From: a virus
Taxonomy: Duplodnaviria; Caudoviricetes
Virus record (IMG/VR): IMGVR_UViG_3300013121_000054
Location: 9,250-73,249 of that record
Direction: 5' to 3' (one strand)
DNA: 64,000 nucleotides
The notes below the pieces were generated by a model. That model worked only from the letters and a program-made list of their open reading frames with translations. It ran no database searches and had not been told where the DNA came from. Positions 20,194-28,561 of the stretch are shown one piece after another (the stretch's first letter is position 1; each line of letters begins with the position of its first letter). The translations under genes were made by a program, and so were the position numbers.

Positions 20194-20400
20194 TTAAGAC
20201 TGCTCGACCGGGGGATTGTAGACTTGCTCGCCCGTGTCCGAAATTTGATAATTTTGGATCGTTCTATCGCCGTTAACCGGCTGAAACAGGCAAAAGCGGG
20301 CATCACTCGGGCAATTGACGCCGGGTTGCGGTGTAGGGCCACTCCATACTGACGATGCGCACGAATCGCCCGCGAATTGGATCAGATAGTCATCATTCAT
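20194..20400 (-). CDS. Small protein, possible fibre assembly chaperone
   Basis: 68 aa, coupled (ATGA) to the long fibre gene. Confidence 0.5.
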   Translation of the reverse strand: MNDDYLIQFAGDSCASSVWSGPTPQPGVNCPSDARFCLFQPVNGDRTIQNYQISDTGEQVYNPPVEQS

Positions 20401-23400
20401 GCGGCTGGAACCTCTTTGATTGAATCACCGACATACAACAAGGTCACCTTTTCGCCCGCCAGATCTTTGCCGTGCAAAAGATCGAAACAAAGCGAATCAA
20501 ATTTTTCGGGCTGTTCCCAAGCCGCAAGTATTTCAGCCGCTTCTTTGTGTGTGAGTTGCACAATGCCGCGATCTGTTCTGCCTTGAAATTTGCGCAAATG
20601 GCAAACAAAATCAATCGCCGGTGAACGCTCAAGAAGTGCGATTGTTGGCAAATTTGGACTGCCGGTGATGCTTGTTAAAACACCCGAGCTGCCATCAGCG
20701 GCGTTGGTTGTTAGCCCGGTGCCACTGCCCTTGGTGCCGCCTGCGACGGTTGGCGCCACCGTATTTGTGATCGTCGGCGCCATCTCAATAATGCGACCAC
20801 CACCACCACCGCCGCCGACATAGCCCGATGAACCGGCCGCCGCGCCACCGTTACCACCGGTGCAATGCACCGCTGAGCCCGTGTTGCAAGTGATCGACGT
20901 TTGCGAATAAAGGCCGATAAAGCCGCCCGCACCACCGCCGCCGCCGCCAGCATTACCGGCCACGCCCGCCGAACCATTAGATCCGTCTGCTTGGATCGTG
21001 CCACCGTTAGCTATGCTGATCGCGCCAACCGCACAAAGGCGAAATGAGCCACCCTTGCTGCCACCAGCGCCGCCCCTGTTGGTCCCGTCACCGCCGCCAG
21101 CGCCACCAGAGCCTCCAGTATCCATTTCGCGCACCGAGGCAGCCTTGCCGCCTTCGCCGCCGCCATCGGATGATGAGCCGAATGGTGCGGTACCACCGCC
21201 ACCATTACCGCCAGCGCCCCCATAACCGCCACCCGCGCCGCCCGAGCCAGCTGTGCCGCTTAGCTTAACTCCACTGCCAGCCAATGAACCAAGTGCCTGT
21301 TGCATCTGGAGAGCCGTCACCACCGCGTTTGGGGCCGAGCGTCCATTGCCCAGATTGCCGACCGTGGTAGTGCCGCTAAAAGTCGCGGTGCTGTTGCAAT
21401 TAATAATAATCCCGGTGTCTGGTGTGTAAGTAGTTGAAGAGGATTGGCTAAACGTCGTCGCGTTGATCTGCTTGATCGTGTCTGAGGTTGTGCCTTTTGT
21501 GATCGCGCCATCAGATCCGTCACCACCAAATTTCACCACTGAGGTTAGCGCGGTGCCAACAAAGGCCGTTGTCGCAATTTTCGCGCTGCTATCACCCGCC
21601 GATTGCGTCGTTGTCGTTGGGCTGCCCGCGAGCGCTACGCTCGATTTGATCGCCGTCGCGCCGGTGTTATCAACTGTCACGTCGCCACTGAAAGTCGTTG
21701 GTGCATAGGCCGTGCCGCCCGAGTTGCCGATCGGGATTTGTCCGCTTGTCGGCGCGGTCGTCGTATTCAATCCGCCTTTGCTTGTTGGGATTGTCGGCAA
21801 CTGTGATGTCGTTGCGGTGCCGCTCAAATCCGTAAAGTCAGGCTGCGCGCCCGAGAACACACCCTGCGCGCTCATCGCCGTTAAAAACTGATGCGAAACC
21901 GATGATTTTGTTTGCGCCGTTGTGCTATCAGCGTCGGGAATATTGACAGTGCGATTGCCTGTCAACGTTTGCAGCAAGAAGCGCGCATAGCTTGTGCCGT
22001 TGCCGAGATAAAGATCGCGAAAGGCTTTTGTGTTTGAGCCTAAATCAATCGTACCGTTAGCATTGGGCGTTTGTGCGACGCTGTAATTGTTGGCATTGTT
22101 GACATAAGCCAAATTGCTAATGCCCGTCAAATCGCCAAGATCCGGTTGCGCCTTGGTCTGAACGCCCGCGCTCGTGATATTAGTCAAAAACTGGTGCGAT
22201 GTCGCTGTTGTTGGTTGAACGGTGTTTGAATCGGCATCGGGCAACGTGCAAACGCGCGCCGCCGTGGTTGTGGCACTTGTAACTTTGTTGTTATTGGTCG
22301 CGGCGCCACCGACATACAAATTGCCAAACGGCTTCGCGGTCGTGCCGAGATCTACGCCGCCGGCCGTGCTCGGCGTCTGGCTTGCTGAAAAGTTGTTGGC
22401 GTTGTTGACCCGCGCCAAATTGGAAGTATCCGACAAGTCAGTTGATGCGCCTTGCGCTGCCGCTGTCAATTGACCGCGTGAATTAACCGTAATGGTTGCC
22501 GCGCCATAGCTGCCGGGCGTCACCGCCGTATCGGCAATTGACAAATTTCTATCTGCGCTAAGATCGCCCCCGCCTTGAAGCCCGCCACTTGTATTGACGG
22601 CTCGCGAGGTATTAACGAGTGTTTGCGTAGTCGGCGAGCCCGCATTATCGCGCACCTTAACCGCGCCGCTATTCACCCAAATTTCGCCGGCTGATGGCGA
22701 ACCGGGATCGGTCTTCTTTGGCAATACAACCGTTTGAGTCGATGCGCCAAAATCTTGTGTGTGAGTGCCCGAATATACGTTACTCGTGGTGGTCGAAACA
22801 TCCCCGCCGCCGCCACCGCCACCAAGAGTGGTGCCGCTGCCCCAAGAGCCCGAGGCCTTTGGGCCGTAAATCGTGTAAGGGTTTGTGCCGGTGTCGAGAT
22901 AAAAATCACCATCAACACCGAGCCCGCTTGATGGCGCGCCGGAACCGTTGAGAATCGTTTTCCCGTCAGCACCAGCCGCGCCGGTCGGGCCGATCAATGA
23001 CGTGCTCGATCCCCAAACACCCGACGCTTTCGGGCCGTAAATCGCACTAGCGACGGTATCAATATAAAAATCGCCATTGGCACCAAGACCGTTTGACGGT
23101 GCGCCGCTTCCACTAAGAATCGTGCGACCATCTACGCCATTTGTACCGTTTGTGCCATTTGTTCCATTGGTGCCGTTTGTTCCATTTGTTCCCGCCGGAC
23201 CTTGGCTGCCTTGCGGGCCTACAAGATTTGTCGGCGACGGCCACACTCCCGATGCTTTCGGACCATAAAAATCGTAGTTTGATGTACGCAGATAGAAATT
23301 GCCATCTACTCCAGTACCGCTAGATGGCACGCCAGAGCCATAGAGGATTGTATTGCCCTGGATGCCTTGCAAGCCCTGGATGCCTTGTATGCCTTGGATA

Positions 23401-23693
23401 CCTTGCAATCCCTGAGCGCCTTGCGGGCCGGTCAGATCGAAGCCACTGCCCCAGGTGGTATTCTTTGGTCCATAAAATTTATGGTTCGTGTAATCGACAT
23501 AGTAATCACCATCCGCACCCAGACCGGATGAAGGTACCCCTGAGCCGCCGCGCACAGTATTACCGGCTCCAGGCGGGCCTTGTGTTCCAACCGTCAAGAC
23601 GGTGATCTGATTCTGGCTCGACGGCTGTGCTAGTGCTGCTGTCTGCATAAGCAGGAGCACGAAGAGAGTCAGAGCTGCCAGAAAGCGTTTCAT
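20397..23693 (-). CDS. Long collagen-repeat fibre (collar/whisker-like) with signal peptide
   Basis: G-X-Y runs (GPQGAQGLQGIQG.., GTNGTNG..); 4 copies of TI..GSG.PS.GLG.DGD.Y.D...YGPK; a duplicated ~95-aa module; Gly-rich distal domain; N-terminus MKRFLAALTLFVLLLMQTAALA. Confidence 0.8.
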   Translation of the reverse strand: MKRFLAALTLFVLLLMQTAALAQPSSQNQITVLTVGTQGPPGAGNTVRGGSGVPSSGLGADGDYYVDYTNHKFYGPKNTTWGSGFDLTGPQGAQGLQGIQGIQGIQGLQGIQGNTILYGSGVPSSGTGVDGNFYLRTSNYDFYGPKASGVWPSPTNLVGPQGSQGPAGTNGTNGTNGTNGTNGTNGVDGRTILSGSGAPSNGLGANGDFYIDTVASAIYGPKASGVWGSSTSLIGPTGAAGADGKTILNGSGAPSSGLGVDGDFYLDTGTNPYTIYGPKASGSWGSGTTLGGGGGGGDVSTTTSNVYSGTHTQDFGASTQTVVLPKKTDPGSPSAGEIWVNSGAVKVRDNAGSPTTQTLVNTSRAVNTSGGLQGGGDLSADRNLSIADTAVTPGSYGAATITVNSRGQLTAAAQGASTDLSDTSNLARVNNANNFSASQTPSTAGGVDLGTTAKPFGNLYVGGAATNNNKVTSATTTAARVCTLPDADSNTVQPTTATSHQFLTNITSAGVQTKAQPDLGDLTGISNLAYVNNANNYSVAQTPNANGTIDLGSNTKAFRDLYLGNGTSYARFLLQTLTGNRTVNIPDADSTTAQTKSSVSHQFLTAMSAQGVFSGAQPDFTDLSGTATTSQLPTIPTSKGGLNTTTAPTSGQIPIGNSGGTAYAPTTFSGDVTVDNTGATAIKSSVALAGSPTTTTQSAGDSSAKIATTAFVGTALTSVVKFGGDGSDGAITKGTTSDTIKQINATTFSQSSSTTYTPDTGIIINCNSTATFSGTTTVGNLGNGRSAPNAVVTALQMQQALGSLAGSGVKLSGTAGSGGAGGGYGGAGGNGGGGTAPFGSSSDGGGEGGKAASVREMDTGGSGGAGGGDGTNRGGAGGSKGGSFRLCAVGAISIANGGTIQADGSNGSAGVAGNAGGGGGGAGGFIGLYSQTSITCNTGSAVHCTGGNGGAAAGSSGYVGGGGGGGRIIEMAPTITNTVAPTVAGGTKGSGTGLTTNAADGSSGVLTSITGSPNLPTIALLERSPAIDFVCHLRKFQGRTDRGIVQLTHKEAAEILAAWEQPEKFDSLCFDLLHGKDLAGEKVTLLYVGDSIKEVPAA

Positions 23694-23696
23694 TTT

Positions 23697-24122
23697 TTAC
23701 AATCCTTGCTTAACGGTAAATGAGCCCCGCGCAAGCGGCCACTTGGTCGCTGGCGTAGTGGGAAACACGAGATAGACTTCGTAAAAGAGAGTGCCGGCTG
23801 GCAGTGCTTGCGTGACGGTGCTCGGCACCAGCACGCTGAACTTGCCATTCTGGCGATCGGTAAAAACAAAAGTTGAATTGGAATCTTCGCTGCTGATGGT
23901 CGCATATACGGTGGCTAAGTTTTTCGATGCGATCTTCAGCGCGCCAGTGCAGCCCGAGAGATTTACCGGCGTGTTATCAAGCTTGTTTTTCCACTCGAAA
24001 GTACGCCCAACAGATTCACCCTGCTCGATCACGATCGGGATGTCTGCGCCGATCGCCCATGCTGGGAAATACGAAAGGGCGAAGATTAGAAAATTGAGGG
24101 CGAAAGCTAGAAAGAACTTCAT
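23697..24122 (-). CDS. Ig-like (BppU-N-like) fibre-anchoring protein with signal peptide
   Basis: I.IEQGES...PVNLSG.T....I....G.F.V....T.T..L..G...YE pattern; N-terminus MKFFLAFALNFLIFALSYFPAWA. Confidence 0.65.
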   Translation of the reverse strand: MKFFLAFALNFLIFALSYFPAWAIGADIPIVIEQGESVGRTFEWKNKLDNTPVNLSGCTGALKIASKNLATVYATISSEDSNSTFVFTDRQNGKFSVLVPSTVTQALPAGTLFYEVYLVFPTTPATKWPLARGSFTVKQGL

Positions 24123-24904
24123 TCCCCTACACCTGCCGATTCACGCTCCAGATAGAGCTGCGACCCAACTGCACCCACATCCTGCTTGTATGCGATAAGC
24201 ACACGGTATTGCGCACCATCTGGAGTGACTATCAAATCGCTCTCCTTGAAGTTGAACCCTGGCAGTGGTGGCACATAGCAATACCACGCCGATTTTCTGC
24301 CCGCCCCGGGCACACCGTCAATTGTCTTTTCGCCATAAGTGCGCCCAGTGGACATCAAACCGATCGGTATTAGGGATGGTTCATCCACCGCCTCGGCAAG
24401 CGCCGCTTGCCCAGAGCTAATGCGCAGTGGTCGCGATGCTTCTTTTGCGCTGGCAAAAAATTTAGTATCTGTCTGCACGTCGCAAGCGGCACGGTAGATC
24501 CTTGCCAGCGTGTTAAGTCGCGCGCCAAAGCTCGCGCGCAAAGCGCCATGCTCCGCCAAGCAAAAGCCCCTAAATTCATCCGTCTCGAAAGATACCGCCA
24601 TCTTGTAATTGCTGGTATCGGTTTGGATGAAGATGTCGCCCTCTTTGTAGTCACTCAGATCAGTGACCACTCGATACCAGAACGTGCCGAGCCTGGCATC
24701 GGTTTCCAGTCCTGTCTTCGTATCCTTGGCGACAGCACCCTGCAAGAAGATCTCGATCTCTGCGGTCAGCAAGTTTGTGTCTTGGATGAGATCGCCATTC
24801 GCCTCTGGCACAAGCCTGTATGCCGCAAAGGGCTGCCCGAGCACGTCGGCAGCTTTGCCGCGTCCATCCTCGATCTTATCCATGATATCGAGGAAGTCTG
24901 CCAT
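24119..24904 (-). CDS. Head closure/neck protein
   Basis: Position after the head-tail adaptor; KI..GRGKAA.VLG.PF..YR N-terminus. Confidence 0.65.
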   Translation of the reverse strand: MADFLDIMDKIEDGRGKAADVLGQPFAAYRLVPEANGDLIQDTNLLTAEIEIFLQGAVAKDTKTGLETDARLGTFWYRVVTDLSDYKEGDIFIQTDTSNYKMAVSFETDEFRGFCLAEHGALRASFGARLNTLARIYRAACDVQTDTKFFASAKEASRPLRISSGQAALAEAVDEPSLIPIGLMSTGRTYGEKTIDGVPGAGRKSAWYCYVPPLPGFNFKESDLIVTPDGAQYRVLIAYKQDVGAVGSQLYLERESAGVGE

Positions 24905-25672
24905 TTAGAGATATGCCTGCGGACCACCAAGATTATTGGCCAGCACTTCTGGACCCAGGAAGTCTGCCATCTGATTTACATAGTAGTCATACAGATCCCT
25001 GCGCGCCTCGACCTCATCCTGCCGAAACACGGCAGACTCTGCTTTAGAAATATCGAGATTCCTGGTGGCACCACCGATGGCGCCCTCCAGGTAGTTGCAG
25101 ATAGGCACATAGCCAAACTTCTGGGTGAGCGGTCTCTTAGCGATCACGATATTGAGATCAGTGCGCTCGCCAGTATTGACCGCCACCGCGCCCACCGTGC
25201 CGGTGGTTGCCACCGTCATGGTAAATACATCGGGCGCCGTAAACTGCACTTCCGGATTGGGCACCGTATCGGCTGCAGCCGGATTGTCATTCCAGGGCGC
25301 CTGGCCTTTGAAGCCTGCGGTGATCAAATCGCTGGAAGCATTCGCTGCGCTCGCCAGACGCCCGCAAACATCAGAGGGGGTGTCACCCGCCTGCACGGTC
25401 GCAGAAATCGCGACTGGAGAGGTCAGAGCTGCCGCTGTGAAGGTCGCAGTTATCACCGCCCCCGCCACCATTGGTGCAAACACCTGGATCGAGCCATAGG
25501 CTCGACCGGTAAGCACCGACTCCTCAGAAGGGCGCAAGGTATTTAGCCTGGTCTCAAGATTCATGTTCGGCATGATCAGATATGCGGGTGCGAGAGTGCC
25601 GCGATAACCTGTCCCGAGGATGCGCTGCTTCAGGTGTCGGCGGATGTCTGTTTTTACTTGCTCGCTAAGCAT
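24905..25672 (-). CDS. Head-tail adaptor protein
   Basis: MLSEQVKTDIRRHL, LE.RL.TL...EE.VL, C-terminal DI.KAE..VFRQDEV..R..LY. Confidence 0.7.
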   Translation of the reverse strand: MLSEQVKTDIRRHLKQRILGTGYRGTLAPAYLIMPNMNLETRLNTLRPSEESVLTGRAYGSIQVFAPMVAGAVITATFTAAALTSPVAISATVQAGDTPSDVCGRLASAANASSDLITAGFKGQAPWNDNPAAADTVPNPEVQFTAPDVFTMTVATTGTVGAVAVNTGERTDLNIVIAKRPLTQKFGYVPICNYLEGAIGGATRNLDISKAESAVFRQDEVEARRDLYDYYVNQMADFLGPEVLANNLGGPQAYL

Positions 25673-26198
25673 CTCTCATACTGCTGAATGAAGAGTGGGG
25701 GAACTTGGTTTTACAGTTCGGACAATCGATCCACTCAAAGGAACCAGTGAGTGGCACGATATCGCCAGCGTGACCCTTATCGAGAAGAGCCTTGATCTGC
25801 ACGCCGTCGCTCAGGATCTCGTTGCGCTTGAATGACAAGCTCACGCCATTGATATTGGCGTTGAAATCCCTCACCACGCCATGCGGATCGGGCAAGACGA
25901 TCTCTACCTGGGGCACAGGCACCTGCACCTCATCCTGAGGGATATAGGAAGACTTTGCCAGAATCGCCTCGGCTTCCGCGTCGGCTTCATCATCGCTCAA
26001 GTCTTCATCGAGCTCAGGATCTTCTTGCTCCTCCTCCTCTTCAGGAGGATCGACAGGCTGAGGCGGTGCCTCGACCTGGGGAGCGACAGGCTCGGGCTGA
26101 GGCGGCACCTCTTGTGGTGCAGCCGGCTCCGCGATTTCCTTGGCGGTAGCTTTCGCCTGCTTATCGAGCAGCGCCTTTATCTTTGAACTATTTGTCAT
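25665..26198 (-). CDS. Acidic/Pro-rich protein with C-terminal CxxC
   Basis: Low-complexity E/P linker, CPNCK; in the head module. Confidence 0.6.
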   Translation of the reverse strand: MTNSSKIKALLDKQAKATAKEIAEPAAPQEVPPQPEPVAPQVEAPPQPVDPPEEEEEQEDPELDEDLSDDEADAEAEAILAKSSYIPQDEVQVPVPQVEIVLPDPHGVVRDFNANINGVSLSFKRNEILSDGVQIKALLDKGHAGDIVPLTGSFEWIDCPNCKTKFPHSSFSSMRDA

Positions 26199-26229
26199 TT
26201 CCTGATCCTTGTCCGTGGATTGGGGGTGA

Positions 26230-26823
26230 TTAATAGATCGGGCAGGCTTCGCTCACCAGGGTGGTAAGTTGATCGGCCTGCACAATCTCTGGGCGAAAAG
26301 CTCGGAAGCTCACGATTTGCCCGTTGTAAACATTGGAGAAATCGCTGGTAGGGATGATCGGGCCTGCGCCACCAGTCATGCCGCCGCCCACGGGGCTGCG
26401 AGTCAGGGTGACTCCGCCAGTCACAGCCACTGTGATTGTTGTCTTTGTCGCCACCGGCCCCGGATGCTTGATTGTGACCACGCCAGCCAGGGATGTTGCA
26501 TAGATCCCGAGGGCTTGCATCGCTGAATCGTTGTTGATCGCTGCTGCAAACTTTGCCGCGAGCGTGGTGGCGGTGTCGGATGCGGCGGTGAGCTGGAAGG
26601 CTTTGCTGCCATTCGGCAACAGCCCGTTTGAAATCGTGATCTGCCCCGTGTCGCCATCGGAGAAGCTGCCAGCCACCGTCACGGTCGCACTGCCTGCGGT
26701 GCGCGGATTATCCGCCATATACTCCTGCGCGCTCTGCTCCAGCATCACACCGGTAGCGCCAGCAGCGACAGCAAGGAATGTGTTATCGCGCGGTACAAAT
26801 GGTTTATCTTGCAAGTTGGACAT
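26230..26823 (-). CDS. Putative capsid decoration/auxiliary protein
   Basis: Directly after the major capsid gene; Thr/Ala-rich beta domain. Confidence 0.55.
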   Translation of the reverse strand: MSNLQDKPFVPRDNTFLAVAAGATGVMLEQSAQEYMADNPRTAGSATVTVAGSFSDGDTGQITISNGLLPNGSKAFQLTAASDTATTLAAKFAAAINNDSAMQALGIYATSLAGVVTIKHPGPVATKTTITVAVTGGVTLTRSPVGGGMTGGAGPIIPTSDFSNVYNGQIVSFRAFRPEIVQADQLTTLVSEACPIY

Positions 26824-26842
26824 CGAAAATGCTCCTTAAAAT

Positions 26843-26868
26843 TGGCGGCTCCACTCGGGAGCCGCCCA
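26843..26868 (-). terminator. GC-rich stem-loop after the capsid gene (possible partial terminator or stabiliser)
   Basis: GGCGGCTCC/GGAGCCGCC inverted repeat; weak U tract. Confidence 0.5.
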
Positions 26869-26888
26869 TTTTCCCCAAATTTGGCCTA

Positions 26889-28259
26889 TTAGGCTGCGTG
26901 CTCCATTTGCACTGCTCGCTTATAGCGATGTGCGCCAGCCGTTGGAATCGTCGAGGTTGTCGTCGTCGCATCGGTCGGGCAACAGAAGTCACCACCCCAG
27001 AGCCATGCCTGCGTGATATTCACTTGCAGTACATCGATCGGAGCGCGCACGATGTGGCAGATGTCGCCAACCATTTCCATATTGGCTACTTTGCTTCCAC
27101 CGATTTCTTCAAGCCAACTATCGTTATCAGCGAAGTTGGCCTGAATTATGCCGCCAGCCGCTACAAGAATTGGACGCAGCACGCGCTGAGCCACATTCTG
27201 AGCGCCACTGCCGCCAGTGACTGCTGGTTGATCTTGCGCTTCTGTAGTCGGGAAGAAGGTTACGCCGAGAAGCTGGAAGACTTCGCCAGCTTGCCATTCT
27301 TTTGAACTATGAGCGGTCTGGTAGATCGAAAGGAATTTAGGATCATCGAAGAGCTGGCGAATCGAATCATCAGGACCAATCCAGTGATAGGTGCCATCAG
27401 GGAATCGCGGAGCGCCTTGCTTCTTCAGGTGAGTCTTAGCGTCTTGGATTAAACCAAGAGTATTAACGTCACGAGATTGGAGCTGTGCAGTAGTCGCTCT
27501 TCCGCCTGCTCTCAATACCTTCGGAGCATCGATCGCAAGAATGCGATCGCCATCCGCGAGGGTGACTGCGCCACCTAGCGTAAGGAAACCGCTAATACCG
27601 CCGCAGGCATTGGTGCTGACATTGACGGTATCCGCAGTTGCGCCAGTCACCGAGAGCGTGGCGCTCGTGGAGCCGGTTGCATAAGCGGTAAGTGGATTGC
27701 TTGGACTCGTATCGGTGGGAACACCATTTACAAGCACTTGCTGGAAGCCGCGGATGTCATCAACGTAATACTTGGTAGTGGTATTGGTGCCATTGGCTGA
27801 TACCACGCGAGTATCGCCGCCGAGGTAAGCCTTCTGCCAGCAGTTGCGAGCGAGGTGCTCAAGGGTTTGCGCGCCTTGCGTCGAGTTGATACGACCATTA
27901 TCAAGGAACTGTCCCTTGATCTTTGTCTTATCCATACGCAGGTTTAGCGGGATACCGTCTGAATAATCACGCAGCGTAAAGGTGTAGCGCTCAGCGCCCG
28001 CAGTGCTGAGGGTCAAGCCGTTGTTTATGTCACCATTCACCGCCGATGGTACTAGCGGTGTGGTCTTTGGACCCTTGCGGCCCATTCTGGTGTTAGAAAA
28101 TGTTTCGCCGTTGTTGCGCCCGAATTCCATCTGATCGGCGTCGGCGCGAAATGCGAATTGGCCGTCGAGGCCGATCTCGTATTCCTTCCGCAGATAGCCT
28201 TCTTGCATGAGCAGAAGAAGGGCTGCGGGCAAATTTACAAAGGATTGTGGCGTAGTCAC
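26889..28259 (-). CDS. Major capsid protein
   Basis: 456 aa after the scaffold; F.NLPAAL...MQEG.L.KEY...L..FR..AD, GET...TR.G, EQY/ERY.....Y.D. Confidence 0.85.
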   Translation of the reverse strand: MTTPQSFVNLPAALLLLMQEGYLRKEYEIGLDGQFAFRADADQMEFGRNNGETFSNTRMGRKGPKTTPLVPSAVNGDINNGLTLSTAGAERYTFTLRDYSDGIPLNLRMDKTKIKGQFLDNGRINSTQGAQTLEHLARNCWQKAYLGGDTRVVSANGTNTTTKYYVDDIRGFQQVLVNGVPTDTSPSNPLTAYATGSTSATLSVTGATADTVNVSTNACGGISGFLTLGGAVTLADGDRILAIDAPKVLRAGGRATTAQLQSRDVNTLGLIQDAKTHLKKQGAPRFPDGTYHWIGPDDSIRQLFDDPKFLSIYQTAHSSKEWQAGEVFQLLGVTFFPTTEAQDQPAVTGGSGAQNVAQRVLRPILVAAGGIIQANFADNDSWLEEIGGSKVANMEMVGDICHIVRAPIDVLQVNITQAWLWGGDFCCPTDATTTTSTIPTAGAHRYKRAVQMEHAA

Positions 28260-28404
28260 TTGATGCTACCTCAATGGCTGGTGTGAATCTGGGCATCTAG
28301 CCCTGCCAGTGAGCATCAAGCTCTGCGAGTCTTTGGATTTTGCGCGCGGGTACCAGCCACGCGAAAGCATCAAGCTTTGTGCGCGCCACCATAGAAGGCG
28401 GCAA

Positions 28405-28437
28405 GATAGTATCAGAGCACTTTTGCGATTCTGTCAA
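28405..28437 (-). promoter_or_regulatory. Sigma70-like promoter upstream of the capsid gene
   Basis: Minus strand TTGACA-18 nt-GATACT just downstream of a terminator. Confidence 0.55.
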
Positions 28438-28457
28438 CACAATTTTTTCAGGCAAAG

Positions 28458-28483
28458 AAAAAGACCGCCGCTAAGCGGTCTTT
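28458..28483 (-). terminator. Intrinsic terminator between scaffold and capsid genes
   Basis: AAAGACCGC-TTAGCG-GCGGTCTTTTT on the minus strand. Confidence 0.8.
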
Positions 28484-28489
28484 CGAGCC

Positions 28490-28560
28490 CTGCTAGGCCC
28501 TGTTACGTGCCCGAGTTAGCAGCTCGGTGCTTACACTGGTGCACCAGTCAGCAGCACGCA
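28490..28560 (-). ncRNA. Orphan structured RNA element (3-way junction plus pseudoknot)
   Basis: TGCGTGC/GCACGTA closing stem; TGCT..ACTGG-TGCA-CCAGT..AGCA arm; CCGAG-CTGCTAA-CTCGG arm; loop CTGCTA complementary to downstream TAGCAG. Confidence 0.5.
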
Positions 28561-28561
28561 A

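Noticed and set aside
21300-23300. Apparent GC dip in the collagen fibre gene suggesting recent transfer
   Set aside because: Not quantified, and explainable by the Asn/Thr-rich composition.
17893-25546. Long plus-strand ORFs 17893..19068 and 24407..25546 and similar
   Set aside because: Antisense shadows of clear structural genes in GC-rich DNA, with no recognisable motifs.
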